A stretch of 64,000 nucleotides of DNA, taken from positions 3,368-67,367 of the IMG/VR virus record IMGVR_UViG_3300025723_000032. One strand, given 5' to 3'. Positions within the stretch are counted from its first letter, which is position 1. Each line of letters starts with the position of its first letter. The position numbers and the translations under genes are program-made. The notes below the pieces were generated by a model that did no database searches, had not been told where the DNA came from, and worked only from the letters and a program-made list of their open reading frames with translations. Below, piece after piece: positions 18,520-26,754 of the stretch. This DNA is from a virus. Its lineage: Duplodnaviria; Caudoviricetes.

Positions 18520-19127
18520 TGGAACAAAGATCGGATGAATGGTTTGCCGCACGCCTTGGAAAAGTAACCGCAAGCCGCGTGGCGGATGTGATTGCAAAGA
18601 CAAAAACCGGCCCAAGCGCAAGCCGCGAAAACTATTCAACACAATTGGTGTTGGAAAGGCTAACCAACAAACAAGCGGAAAGCTACACCAATGCCGCGAT
18701 GCAATGGGGCACGGAAACGGAACCAATGGCGCGGCAAGCCTATGAATTGAAACGTGGGCTATTTGTTAACGAAACCGGCTTTGTGGATCACCCAACAATA
18801 GAAATGTCAGGCGCAAGCCCCGATGGATTGGTGGGCATGGATGGGTTGATCGAGGTGAAATGCCCCAATAGCGCCACACACATGGAAACCATGCTAACGC
18901 AAAAGGTGCCGGCTAAATACATTCCACAAATGATGTGGCAAATGGCTTGCACCGGCCGCAATTGGTGTGATTTTGTTAGCTATGATCCGCGGTTTCCGGA
19001 AAATCTACAAATATTTATTGAAAGGGTTGAATACGATCCAACGTATGTGCGGATGTTGGAATTAGAAATTACACAGTTTTTGGATGAAGTTACGAAAAAA
19101 GTTGAAATATTAAGGAAATTCAAATGA
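18516..19127 (+). CDS. YqaJ-like (lambda Exo family) exonuclease
   Basis: QRSDEWFAARLGKVTAS, GASPDG, IEVKCP, QMMWQM motifs. Confidence 0.9.
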   Translation: MMEQRSDEWFAARLGKVTASRVADVIAKTKTGPSASRENYSTQLVLERLTNKQAESYTNAAMQWGTETEPMARQAYELKRGLFVNETGFVDHPTIEMSGASPDGLVGMDGLIEVKCPNSATHMETMLTQKVPAKYIPQMMWQMACTGRNWCDFVSYDPRFPENLQIFIERVEYDPTYVRMLELEITQFLDEVTKKVEILRKFK

Positions 19128-19387
19128 GCAAGGTATTAAAGGAAATCAAAGTTATAAGCGGAACCTATACCAACAAGGATGGCCAACAGAAAAACCGCTA
19201 TCAAAAGATTGGATCGGTGATTGATACTAAAAACGGCGCAATGTTAAAAATCGATTGCGTGCCGGTTGGCGGTTGGGATGGATGGGCCTACATGAATGAC
19301 CCCATAGAAACGCCTTACGCGGCCCCACAAGGCGGCCGGCCAATGGGGCGTGGGGTAAGTGCTATGGATGACGATGTGCCGTTTTGA
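19124..19387 (+). CDS. SSB-like protein
   Basis: Beta-rich small domain with acidic DDDVPF C-terminal tail, next to exonuclease. Confidence 0.55.
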   Translation: MSKVLKEIKVISGTYTNKDGQQKNRYQKIGSVIDTKNGAMLKIDCVPVGGWDGWAYMNDPIETPYAAPQGGRPMGRGVSAMDDDVPF

Positions 19388-19389
19388 TC

Positions 19390-19614
19390 ATGGAAAAAAC
19401 GCCGGAAAATGAGGAATTTGAGCGTATGCTTGCAAAGATTGATTTACAACTTACGCCATCTAAAGACAGCCAATTGGTTTCATTGCGCCGATGGGAAATT
19501 GACGAAATGATCCGATTGGCGGTTTTGGCAGAGCGTGAGGAATGTGCAAAATTATGTGAAGAATATTTTGAACGTGTAATGGCTAGTCGAATCCGAGCAA
19601 GGGGACAAGAATGA
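19390..19614 (+). CDS. Hypothetical nin-type protein
   Basis: AEREECAKLC motif; homologue at 52853. Confidence 0.6.
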   Translation: MEKTPENEEFERMLAKIDLQLTPSKDSQLVSLRRWEIDEMIRLAVLAEREECAKLCEEYFERVMASRIRARGQE

Positions 19615-19733
19615 AAACCAATTATCCATCTTATTGTTGCCAAAAATGTGGTGAATTGATTGGCTGGATTGGTCGTGTTATGCCGTTTCATAAATGCAAG
19701 GAGAAAAAACATGAATCCATTACCAACATATAA
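19611..19733 (+). CDS. Small Cys-rich protein (40 aa, not in ORF track)
   Basis: MKTNYPSYCCQKCGELIGW; fused to downstream ORFs in unit B. Confidence 0.5.
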   Translation: MKTNYPSYCCQKCGELIGWIGRVMPFHKCKEKKHESITNI

Positions 19734-19965
19734 AGAAAATGGTGAGTTAGACACTAGGTTAAGAATAGACCCTGTAACTGGGGATGTAGGCATAGGAACG
19801 GCTAAAGGAGTTGTTACCTTTTACAAACCTCCTGACCCAGTTGGTTATTGGTGTTTGTATGGTGGTGGGCCTACAACAAAATTTGCAATGTTTCAAAAAC
19901 CAACGGATAAACAAATCAAAAACACAACTGAATTGTTGGGATGGATTTGGGAGGATGCGAAATGA
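19711..19965 (+). CDS. Hypothetical protein with GDVGIGT motif
   Basis: Start MNPLPTY; N-terminal half shared with 53280-53849. Confidence 0.55.
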   Translation: MNPLPTYKENGELDTRLRIDPVTGDVGIGTAKGVVTFYKPPDPVGYWCLYGGGPTTKFAMFQKPTDKQIKNTTELLGWIWEDAK

Positions 19966-20267
19966 CTAAAGACGAAGCAGTTATTTTACTCTGCGAACAT
20001 TTTAGCGAAGGTATGGTACGCACTATTGTTGATGCTATTGCTAAAGACGAAGTATTACAACTTGCATTAGAAGCTCTGACTGATTTTGATTACGACAAAC
20101 GCATCAAAGCTATTGAAAGTATTAAAGAAGCACTAAAAACAAAAGATGAGCAACGCACATGGGTAGGACTGACGGATGAGGAAATTGAAAGTGTTTACAT
20201 GAATACTATGAATTTTCAACAAAATGCAAAGGCTTTAGAAACCAAGCTAAAAGAAAAAAACACTTGA
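19962..20267 (+). CDS. Hypothetical nin-type protein
   Basis: RTWVGLTDEEI motif; mosaic similarity to 53280-53849. Confidence 0.55.
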   Translation: MTKDEAVILLCEHFSEGMVRTIVDAIAKDEVLQLALEALTDFDYDKRIKAIESIKEALKTKDEQRTWVGLTDEEIESVYMNTMNFQQNAKALETKLKEKNT

Positions 20268-20289
20268 CAAACCCAAAATGTGATATAGT
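20264..20289 (+). promoter_or_regulatory. Probable late/middle promoter
   Basis: TTGACA and extended -10 TGaTATAGT, conserved at 53846-53871; hexamer spacing is short (14 nt). Confidence 0.5.
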
Positions 20290-20339
20290 GTAATTGCTAC
20301 AAAGTGTAGTGTTTTTTGCAAAGAAACAAAGGATTTATC

Positions 20340-20678
20340 ATGGGATACCCCAAAATGGAAAATTTGCCAATGGGCGCAAAATCATCTGATCGCACCGGCG
20401 AAAAGAATGTGCGCGTGCCAAAAGAGGATAAAGAAAGATTTGTGCCCGGCGCATCAGGGGAAAAAATCCCCCGCGGCGCATTGTCAAGTGACACATCCGG
20501 AGAGCGCAAGCGCCCGATCGAGGGCGGTGTGGGCATGGGCAAGATGGATGGAATTGGTAGCCGTGATTCCAAGCACATGGGAATGCACGATGGCCGCTTG
20601 GGCGAAATGAAAGGTGGATCATCGGAATCTACTTGTTATGAGCACAAGCGTATGGATCACGTCCAAGATTCAATGTAA
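20340..20678 (+). CDS. Conserved Gly/Lys/Met-rich hypothetical protein
   Basis: MGYPKME start; homologue at 53922. Confidence 0.7.
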   Translation: MGYPKMENLPMGAKSSDRTGEKNVRVPKEDKERFVPGASGEKIPRGALSSDTSGERKRPIEGGVGMGKMDGIGSRDSKHMGMHDGRLGEMKGGSSESTCYEHKRMDHVQDSM

Positions 20679-20681
20679 TGC

Positions 20682-20718
20682 GAAACACCCCAAAGTCTAG
20701 AACACAATGGGGCGTTTC
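20682..20718 (+). ncRNA. Conserved intergenic stem-loop
   Basis: GAAAC-CCCCA/TGGGG-GTTTC stem with loop AAGTCTAGAACACA identical at 54264-54300. Confidence 0.45.
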
Positions 20719-20747
20719 TAACCACAGAAACTAAGAGGGTAGTTAAT

Positions 20748-20972
20748 ATGGCTGATGACAATTGTAAGGTATGCCGGTTTTACATAGGGCACGATTTAGG
20801 ATCATGCCGCCGGTATCCCGATTACAAAACCCGTTCCCAAAACGAATGGTGTGGCGAATTTGCAAGGAAAGAAATCTCGGTGGGTAATGCAGTTGCCGAG
20901 AGTTTGCCCGAGGCTAGCGCCTTGGGCGTTTTTTCAAGCCCCAAGCGCGGGAGGCCACGGAAAAATGATTAA
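20748..20972 (+). CDS. Small Cys-rich protein
   Basis: CKVCRFY...CRRYP...WCGEF...KRGRPRK; homologue at 54330. Confidence 0.65.
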   Translation: MADDNCKVCRFYIGHDLGSCRRYPDYKTRSQNEWCGEFARKEISVGNAVAESLPEASALGVFSSPKRGRPRKND

Positions 20973-21240
20973 GCCATTGCGTGATAAGATATTTGTAAAG
21001 CCTATTCAACGAATCCAAAGCGATTTGTGGATACAGACGGCGGAGGCACCCACGGTGGGGCATATCACCGCATTGGGCGATGATGCCAAGGATCAGGGGC
21101 TAAGTGTTGGGGATAAGATTTATTTCGGCACATTGGCCAAGGATTACAAAGACGAATATCTAAAATATCAAGAATTAAAAGATGAAAATTTAATTGTGAT
21201 GTCTTGGAAAGATGTGTGTTTTGTGGAGGAAATGGAATGA
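20965..21240 (+). CDS. groES: GroES-like co-chaperonin
   Basis: IKPLRDKIFVKP...GHITALG...LSVGDKIYF pattern of Cpn10; homologue at 54572. Confidence 0.7.
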   Translation: MIKPLRDKIFVKPIQRIQSDLWIQTAEAPTVGHITALGDDAKDQGLSVGDKIYFGTLAKDYKDEYLKYQELKDENLIVMSWKDVCFVEEME

Positions 21241-21395
21241 AAGCCGGTTTATACGCTAATATTCATGCCAAACAGGAACGGATCAAGCGGGAAAAGGCCG
21301 CGGGTGAGCCGGTTGAAAAGATGAGAAAGCCCGGCACCAAGGGCGCACCAACCGCCGCCGCATTTAAACAATCCGCAAAAACGGCCAAAAAATGA
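21237..21395 (+). CDS. Small basic protein (unit A only)
   Basis: MKAGLYANIHAKQERI...GAPTAAAFKQSAKTAKK. Confidence 0.6.
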   Translation: MKAGLYANIHAKQERIKREKAAGEPVEKMRKPGTKGAPTAAAFKQSAKTAKK

Positions 21396-21664
21396 AAGCA
21401 CACGATAAACCAATCCCACACAAAACAACGGGCAAGGGCAAAACCTACAACCCAACGGAAAAGGGGGCCGGAATGACGGCCAAGGGGCGTGCGGAATACA
21501 ATGCCAAAAACGGATCAAATCTAAAGGCACCGGCACCCAACCCCAAAACCGAAAAGGATAAGGGCCGAAAGGCATCATTTTGTGCGCGAATGGAAGGTGT
21601 AGTCAAGCACGCCAAAGGCCCCGCCGAAAGGGCCAAGGCATCATTAAAGAATTGGAATTGCTAA
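21392..21664 (+). CDS. Small basic phage protein (DUF6321-like)
   Basis: [21 protein letters not shown]...RKASFCARM; homologue at 54850. Confidence 0.65.
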   Translation: MKAHDKPIPHKTTGKGKTYNPTEKGAGMTAKGRAEYNAKNGSNLKAPAPNPKTEKDKGRKASFCARMEGVVKHAKGPAERAKASLKNWNC

Positions 21665-21811
21665 ATGCCATTAATCAAATCAACCAAAAAAGAAGCATTC
21701 AAAAAGAACATTGAAGCCGAAGTGAAAGCGGGCAAGCCGGTAAAGCAGGCGGTAGCCATAGCCTATTCGGAAAAGCGCGAAGCCGCCAAAGCAAAGGCGA
21801 AAAAGAAATAA
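21665..21811 (+). CDS. Small basic protein (48 aa, not in ORF track)
   Basis: [16 protein letters not shown]...KQAVAIAYS; homologue at 55122-55265. Confidence 0.7.
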   Translation: MPLIKSTKKEAFKKNIEAEVKAGKPVKQAVAIAYSEKREAAKAKAKKK

Positions 21812-22203
21812 TGGAACGCGGCCGCCCAACACTATATGACCCAAAGTATTGCGATCTAGTTGTCGAATTAGGCGCAAAGGGTAAAAGTGTAGAACAAATT
21901 TCTACATATTTGGGTGTGTCATTAAGAGTTATGTATGATTGGCGTGATCGTTATCCGGACTTTCTGCACGCCTTGGATGATGCCAAGATAGCGGAGCAAA
22001 CGTGGTGGGAGGAACAGGCGCAGACATATATGCTAGAGCACAAGGATGGGGCCAAGCTAAACGCAAGTATTTGGTCACGATCAATGGCCGCACGTTTCCC
22101 AAAGAAATATCGTGAATCGGTTAAACAAGAAATCACCGGTGAAAATGGCGCACCATTGCTAACAAACATTGCGGTGACGTTTGTAAGCCCAAATGGAGGC
22201 TAA
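21811..22203 (+). CDS. terS: Terminase small subunit
   Basis: GRPTLYDP HTH N-terminus, directly upstream of TerL. Confidence 0.75.
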   Translation: MERGRPTLYDPKYCDLVVELGAKGKSVEQISTYLGVSLRVMYDWRDRYPDFLHALDDAKIAEQTWWEEQAQTYMLEHKDGAKLNASIWSRSMAARFPKKYRESVKQEITGENGAPLLTNIAVTFVSPNGG

Positions 22204-23449
22204 TATTGAATTCCCGCTAAAGTTGCAATGCCTATTCCAACCGGCACGCTATAAGGTGTTGTTTGGAGGGCGAGGGGGGGCAAAAAGTTGGGGAATAGCT
22301 AGGGCGCTGTTGATCATCGGCGCTAACAAGGCAACACGCGTGCTATGTGCCCGTGAATTTCAAACATCTATCAGGGATTCCGTTCATAAGCTATTGTGTG
22401 ATCAAATCACCGCAATGGGGCTAACGGAATTCTATGAAATAACGGATAGAACAATCCGCGGCAAGAATGGATCGGAATTTAACTTTGTTGGCCTAAAAAA
22501 TAATGTGGCGAATGTAAAGAGCTATGAGGGCGTGGATGTGTGTTGGGTGGAGGAGGCGCAGACGGTTTCTAAGCGATCATGGGATACGCTAATCCCAACG
22601 ATTAGAAAAGAACAATCGGAAATATGGGTTTCATTCAATCCGGAATTAGAAACGGATGAAACCTACCAAAGATTCGTTATCCACACGCCCGAAAACGCCA
22701 TTGTGCAAAAGATCAATTGGTCTGATAACCCGTGGTTTCCGGATGTGTTGCGGCTAGAAAAAGATACGCTAAAGAATCGTGATCCGGAGGCGTATAACAT
22801 GGTGTGGGAGGGGATTTGTAGGCAAACCGTGGATGGGGCCGTTTTTGCCAAGGAAATCCAATTGGCCGATCTACAAGAAAGAATCGGAAAGGTGCCCTAC
22901 GATCCGATTAAACCCGTTCACGTTGTCTTTGATTTGGGTTGGGCGGATGCAACGGCATTGTGGTTTGTGCAATTCGTGGGAATGGAAACCCGCCTAATCC
23001 GCTATTTTGAAACATCACAAGAAACCATATCGGCTATCTTGGCCAAGATGCAAACTTTTGGATATGTGTTTGACACGCTATGGCTACCGCATGATGCGGA
23101 AAACAAGACATTGGCGGCGGCGGGGCGATCAATTGAGGAAATTGTGCGGGCGGCGGGCTATAAGACGCGGATTATCCCAAGGACACCAATAGCGGATTCA
23201 ATTAACGCCGCACGCACGATCTTTAGCAATTGTTGGTTTGATAGAATAAATTGCGCCGATGGGCTACAATGCCTTAGACACTACCGGTATGAGGTTGATC
23301 CGGATACGAAACAGTTTTCAAGAACACCATTGCATGATCAATATTCGCATGGCGCGGATGCGTTTCGGATGTTGGGATTGATGATCCAAGAGCCAAAGAA
23401 ATTGGTAGTGAAAAAACCCGTTTATGAACCAGCGAATTGGATGGGATAG
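22193..23449 (+). CDS. terL: Terminase large subunit (PBSX-type)
   Basis: Walker A GGRGGAKS, Walker B WVEEA, nuclease FDLGW and SHGADAFR motifs. Confidence 0.95.
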   Translation: MEANIEFPLKLQCLFQPARYKVLFGGRGGAKSWGIARALLIIGANKATRVLCAREFQTSIRDSVHKLLCDQITAMGLTEFYEITDRTIRGKNGSEFNFVGLKNNVANVKSYEGVDVCWVEEAQTVSKRSWDTLIPTIRKEQSEIWVSFNPELETDETYQRFVIHTPENAIVQKINWSDNPWFPDVLRLEKDTLKNRDPEAYNMVWEGICRQTVDGAVFAKEIQLADLQERIGKVPYDPIKPVHVVFDLGWADATALWFVQFVGMETRLIRYFETSQETISAILAKMQTFGYVFDTLWLPHDAENKTLAAAGRSIEEIVRAAGYKTRIIPRTPIADSINAARTIFSNCWFDRINCADGLQCLRHYRYEVDPDTKQFSRTPLHDQYSHGADAFRMLGLMIQEPKKLVVKKPVYEPANWMG

Positions 23450-23451
23450 AT

Positions 23452-25551
23452 ATGGCCGATAACCAAACAGAATTCGATCCACGGATTGATGAGGCGAAAA
23501 AGTTCTTAAAGTTAGCCAATGACGCGGATACGAATAACCGATCCGAGGCGCTAGAGGATTTGAAATTCGCCGCCGGTGATCAATGGCCGGTTGAAATACA
23601 GAATAGCCGATCATTGGAGGCACGGCCATGCCTAACGATCAACAAGATCGATGCGTATGTAAGGCAAGTCACTAATCAACAAAGACAACAACGCCCGCGG
23701 ATTAAAGTCCACGGCATGAATAACCAATCCGATGCCAAGATTGCGGAAATCTTAACGGGGATATGCCGCCATATTGAGGTGCAATCGGATGCGGATCACG
23801 CTTATGACAACGCGTTTAATTACGCGGTGCGGATGGGCTTTGGCTATTGGCGGCTAAAAACGGATTATGTGCGGGAAAATTCCTTTGATCAGGAAATATA
23901 CATTGAGCCGATACACAACCCATTCACCGTGTATTTTGATCCAAATAGCATCTTGCCGGATGGATCGGATGCGGAAAAGTGCCTAATAACGCAAGTGGTT
24001 AGCAAGGAAATATTCCGAAAGATGTATCCCGGCGCGGATGATGGCGCGGGATTTACACAACGCGGCACCGGCGATAGCAATGCGGAATGGGTGATGCGGG
24101 AGGATATCCGGATTGCGGAATATTGGTATACGGAAAGAAAGGCGGATAAGCTATGCCTATTAAGCAATGGCGAAAAGGCTTTCCGATCCGATTTGCCCGA
24201 TCAGGCGGAAATGTTGGCCCGTGGCTTGGTGGTGGTTGATGAAAGGCCATCATTTAAAAAAGAGGTGAAACAGATCATTTGCACGGGCATGGAGGTGCTA
24301 GAGGAGGGCAAATGGGCAAGCAAATACATTCCAATTGTGCCGGTGTATGGTGAGGAATTCATTGTTGAAAACAAGCGCAAAAAATATGGCTTGGTGCGAA
24401 TGGCCAAAGACCCACAAAGGATGTATAACTTTTGGAAAACCGCGCTAACCGAATCCGTTGCCCTAGCGCCAAAGGCCAAGTGGTTAATTGCCGAGGGACA
24501 GGATGAGGGCCACGAGAATGAATGGGCACAGGCAAACATTAAATCGATGCCGGTGTTGCGATACAAGCAAAAGGATATCGAGGGCGTGCCCGCGCCGGTG
24601 CCAACACGGATTCAACCGGAGGCACCGCCCGCGGGAATTATGGCCGCCGCGGATGGAATTAATAGCGATATGCAAGCGGTTTTGGGCATCTTTGATCCAA
24701 ACCAAATGCCAACCGGAAACATTAGCGGCAAGGCCCTAAATGGCCAACAACAACAAATTGATCTATCTAATTACCACTATTACGATAATCTAACGCGATC
24801 CATTAAGCACACGGCCCGAATTATTCTTGATCTAATCCCCAAAATCTACGATAACGCGCGTGTGATGCGGATTATTGGCGATGATGGAAAGCCGGATTTG
24901 GTTGAAATCAATAAGCGTGGCCAAGACGAACAAGGCGTTGAAAAGATATTAAACGATGTTACCGTTGGCGAATACGATGTGGTGATGGATACCGGCCCCG
25001 GCTACAACAGTAAACGGATTGAGGCGGTTGAATCGATGATGCCTTTGTTAAGTGCCGATCCCAATTTGATGAATGTTGCCGGTGATTTGATCTTTAGAAA
25101 CATGGATTTCCCCGGTGCGGATGTAATTGCGGATCGATTGGCCGCAAGCAACCCATTGGCACAAATTGATGATAAATCACCCGTGCCGCCACAAGTGCAA
25201 ATGCAATTGGCCCAATCCAAACAAACTATTCAACAATTGCAACAACAATTACAAGCAATGCAATTGATGATTAAGAATCGTGCGGATGTGGAGCAGATGA
25301 AACAGGATGCGGAAACCAAGCGCACATTGATCAAAGAAACCAACCGCGCCCATGATATTGAATTGCGTGATCAGGAAAGACACATGGATATGGTCTTAAA
25401 GACACACACGCAAGCACAAGATACGGTGGCTAAGACACAGACGCAATTAGAGGTAGAAAATATCAAAGCCCAATTGGCCATTTATTTGGCGCATTTGGAT
25501 CGGATAAGTGAACGTGAAGCAAAGGCGGAAGCCATAGAAAGGGCAATCTAA
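23452..25551 (+). CDS. Portal protein, P22-like
   Basis: About 700 aa after TerL; GDQWP...RPCLTINKI...QVTN and SGKAL motifs; coiled-coil barrel C-terminus. Confidence 0.9.
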   Translation: MADNQTEFDPRIDEAKKFLKLANDADTNNRSEALEDLKFAAGDQWPVEIQNSRSLEARPCLTINKIDAYVRQVTNQQRQQRPRIKVHGMNNQSDAKIAEILTGICRHIEVQSDADHAYDNAFNYAVRMGFGYWRLKTDYVRENSFDQEIYIEPIHNPFTVYFDPNSILPDGSDAEKCLITQVVSKEIFRKMYPGADDGAGFTQRGTGDSNAEWVMREDIRIAEYWYTERKADKLCLLSNGEKAFRSDLPDQAEMLARGLVVVDERPSFKKEVKQIICTGMEVLEEGKWASKYIPIVPVYGEEFIVENKRKKYGLVRMAKDPQRMYNFWKTALTESVALAPKAKWLIAEGQDEGHENEWAQANIKSMPVLRYKQKDIEGVPAPVPTRIQPEAPPAGIMAAADGINSDMQAVLGIFDPNQMPTGNISGKALNGQQQQIDLSNYHYYDNLTRSIKHTARIILDLIPKIYDNARVMRIIGDDGKPDLVEINKRGQDEQGVEKILNDVTVGEYDVVMDTGPGYNSKRIEAVESMMPLLSADPNLMNVAGDLIFRNMDFPGADVIADRLAASNPLAQIDDKSPVPPQVQMQLAQSKQTIQQLQQQLQAMQLMIKNRADVEQMKQDAETKRTLIKETNRAHDIELRDQERHMDMVLKTHTQAQDTVAKTQTQLEVENIKAQLAIYLAHLDRISEREAKAEAIERAI

Positions 25552-25775
25552 TGATGAATGATGAACAAAAAGAATTGGCTAAAAAATATGCCAAAGAACA
25601 ACACGAAAAAGCTAAAACACATCCAAAATTTGAAAAAATGAAATCCGAAATGGGTAGAAAACAAGCCATTGAGGCCGCCCTTAGTGATTTGAATAACAAA
25701 CAATATAAAGAAAATTTCAACACCGGATCAAAAGAACAAGTGGTTTATGAACACAAACGAAATGGGCGTGTTTGA
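25551..25775 (+). CDS. Hypothetical protein (unit A only)
   Basis: 74 aa inserted between portal and scaffold promoter. Confidence 0.55.
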   Translation: MMNDEQKELAKKYAKEQHEKAKTHPKFEKMKSEMGRKQAIEAALSDLNNKQYKENFNTGSKEQVVYEHKRNGRV

Positions 25776-25850
25776 CAAAGTAATGATTTCGTGTAAAGAT
25801 TACACAAACCTTACCCGTGGGGATGCACGGGGTTAATTCTTAGGGAAACC
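25772..25850 (+). promoter_or_regulatory. Promoter and leader hairpin of the scaffold-capsid operon
   Basis: TTGACA...TAAAGA (B: TTGACA...TATATT); hairpin CCCGTG/CACGGG vs CCCATG/CATGGG in B is a compensatory change. Confidence 0.55.
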
Positions 25851-25851
25851 T

Positions 25852-26736
25852 ATGTCGGAAAAAGAAGCGGGCCAAGTGCTCACAAGCGAGAATGCGGCGG
25901 AATTTTATGCAAATCGTTTAGGTTTAGCCGATCAAACGGATGATGTGGCGGTGGATGCCGAGCCATCAACGGAGGTGGTTGAGAATGAACCCGAGGTGCA
26001 AGAGGAAGCCAAACCCGTAGAGGAAAAGCGGGCGAACCCAAAGTTAGAGAAAAGATTTTCCGAATTGACGAAACAACGCGAGGCGGCAAAGGCGGAGGCG
26101 GAAGCGGAACGCCAACAAAGGCAAGCGTTGGAGGATAGGTTAAGGGCACTTGAGCAAGTGGCGGCACCACAAAGGCCGAGCGTTGATCAGGAACCGCAAC
26201 CGGGGCAATTTCAGGATGCGTTTGAATATGCAAAGGCTTTGGCCCAATATTCAACCGAAAAGGCGTTGGCGGAAAGGGATCAACAGGAGGCGAATCGCAA
26301 GGCTAATGAGGAAAGACAAAAGGTTATCCAATCTTGGTCATCCAAATTAGATCAAGTGAAAGCCGAATTGCCCGATTACGATGAAATGGTTTCAACGGCT
26401 AATGTTGTTGTTTCCGATGAAATCCGTGATTCCATATTGGAATCGGATGTAGGCCCAAGAATCCTATATCACTTGGCGGAGGATTTGGAATACGCACAAA
26501 AGTTGGCGGCCATGCCCACACGCAAAGCCCTTCTTGAATTGGGAAAATTGGAAAAGCTATACGAAAAGGCGGAACCGGCTAAGGAGACTACGGTCAAGAC
26601 AAGTAAAGCACCCGCACCGGTGCGTGCCTTAAAGCCTAGCGGTGGTGTTGCGGATATTCCCATTAATTCAAGTGGTGAATTTCACGGCACATATCAGGCG
26701 TGGAAAGAGGCGCGGCGGGCGGGAAAAATCAGGTAA
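25852..26736 (+). CDS. Scaffolding protein
   Basis: Acidic coiled-coil protein between portal and coat; C-terminal YQAWKEARRAGKIR. Confidence 0.8.
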   Translation: MSEKEAGQVLTSENAAEFYANRLGLADQTDDVAVDAEPSTEVVENEPEVQEEAKPVEEKRANPKLEKRFSELTKQREAAKAEAEAERQQRQALEDRLRALEQVAAPQRPSVDQEPQPGQFQDAFEYAKALAQYSTEKALAERDQQEANRKANEERQKVIQSWSSKLDQVKAELPDYDEMVSTANVVVSDEIRDSILESDVGPRILYHLAEDLEYAQKLAAMPTRKALLELGKLEKLYEKAEPAKETTVKTSKAPAPVRALKPSGGVADIPINSSGEFHGTYQAWKEARRAGKIR

Positions 26737-26754
26737 TTTTTTTAAGGAAAGATC

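Noticed and set aside
20297-20578. 93-aa minus-strand ORF conserved in both units (also 53879-54160)
   Set aside because: Conservation is explained by the overlapping plus-strand gene and promoter; no independent start signals.
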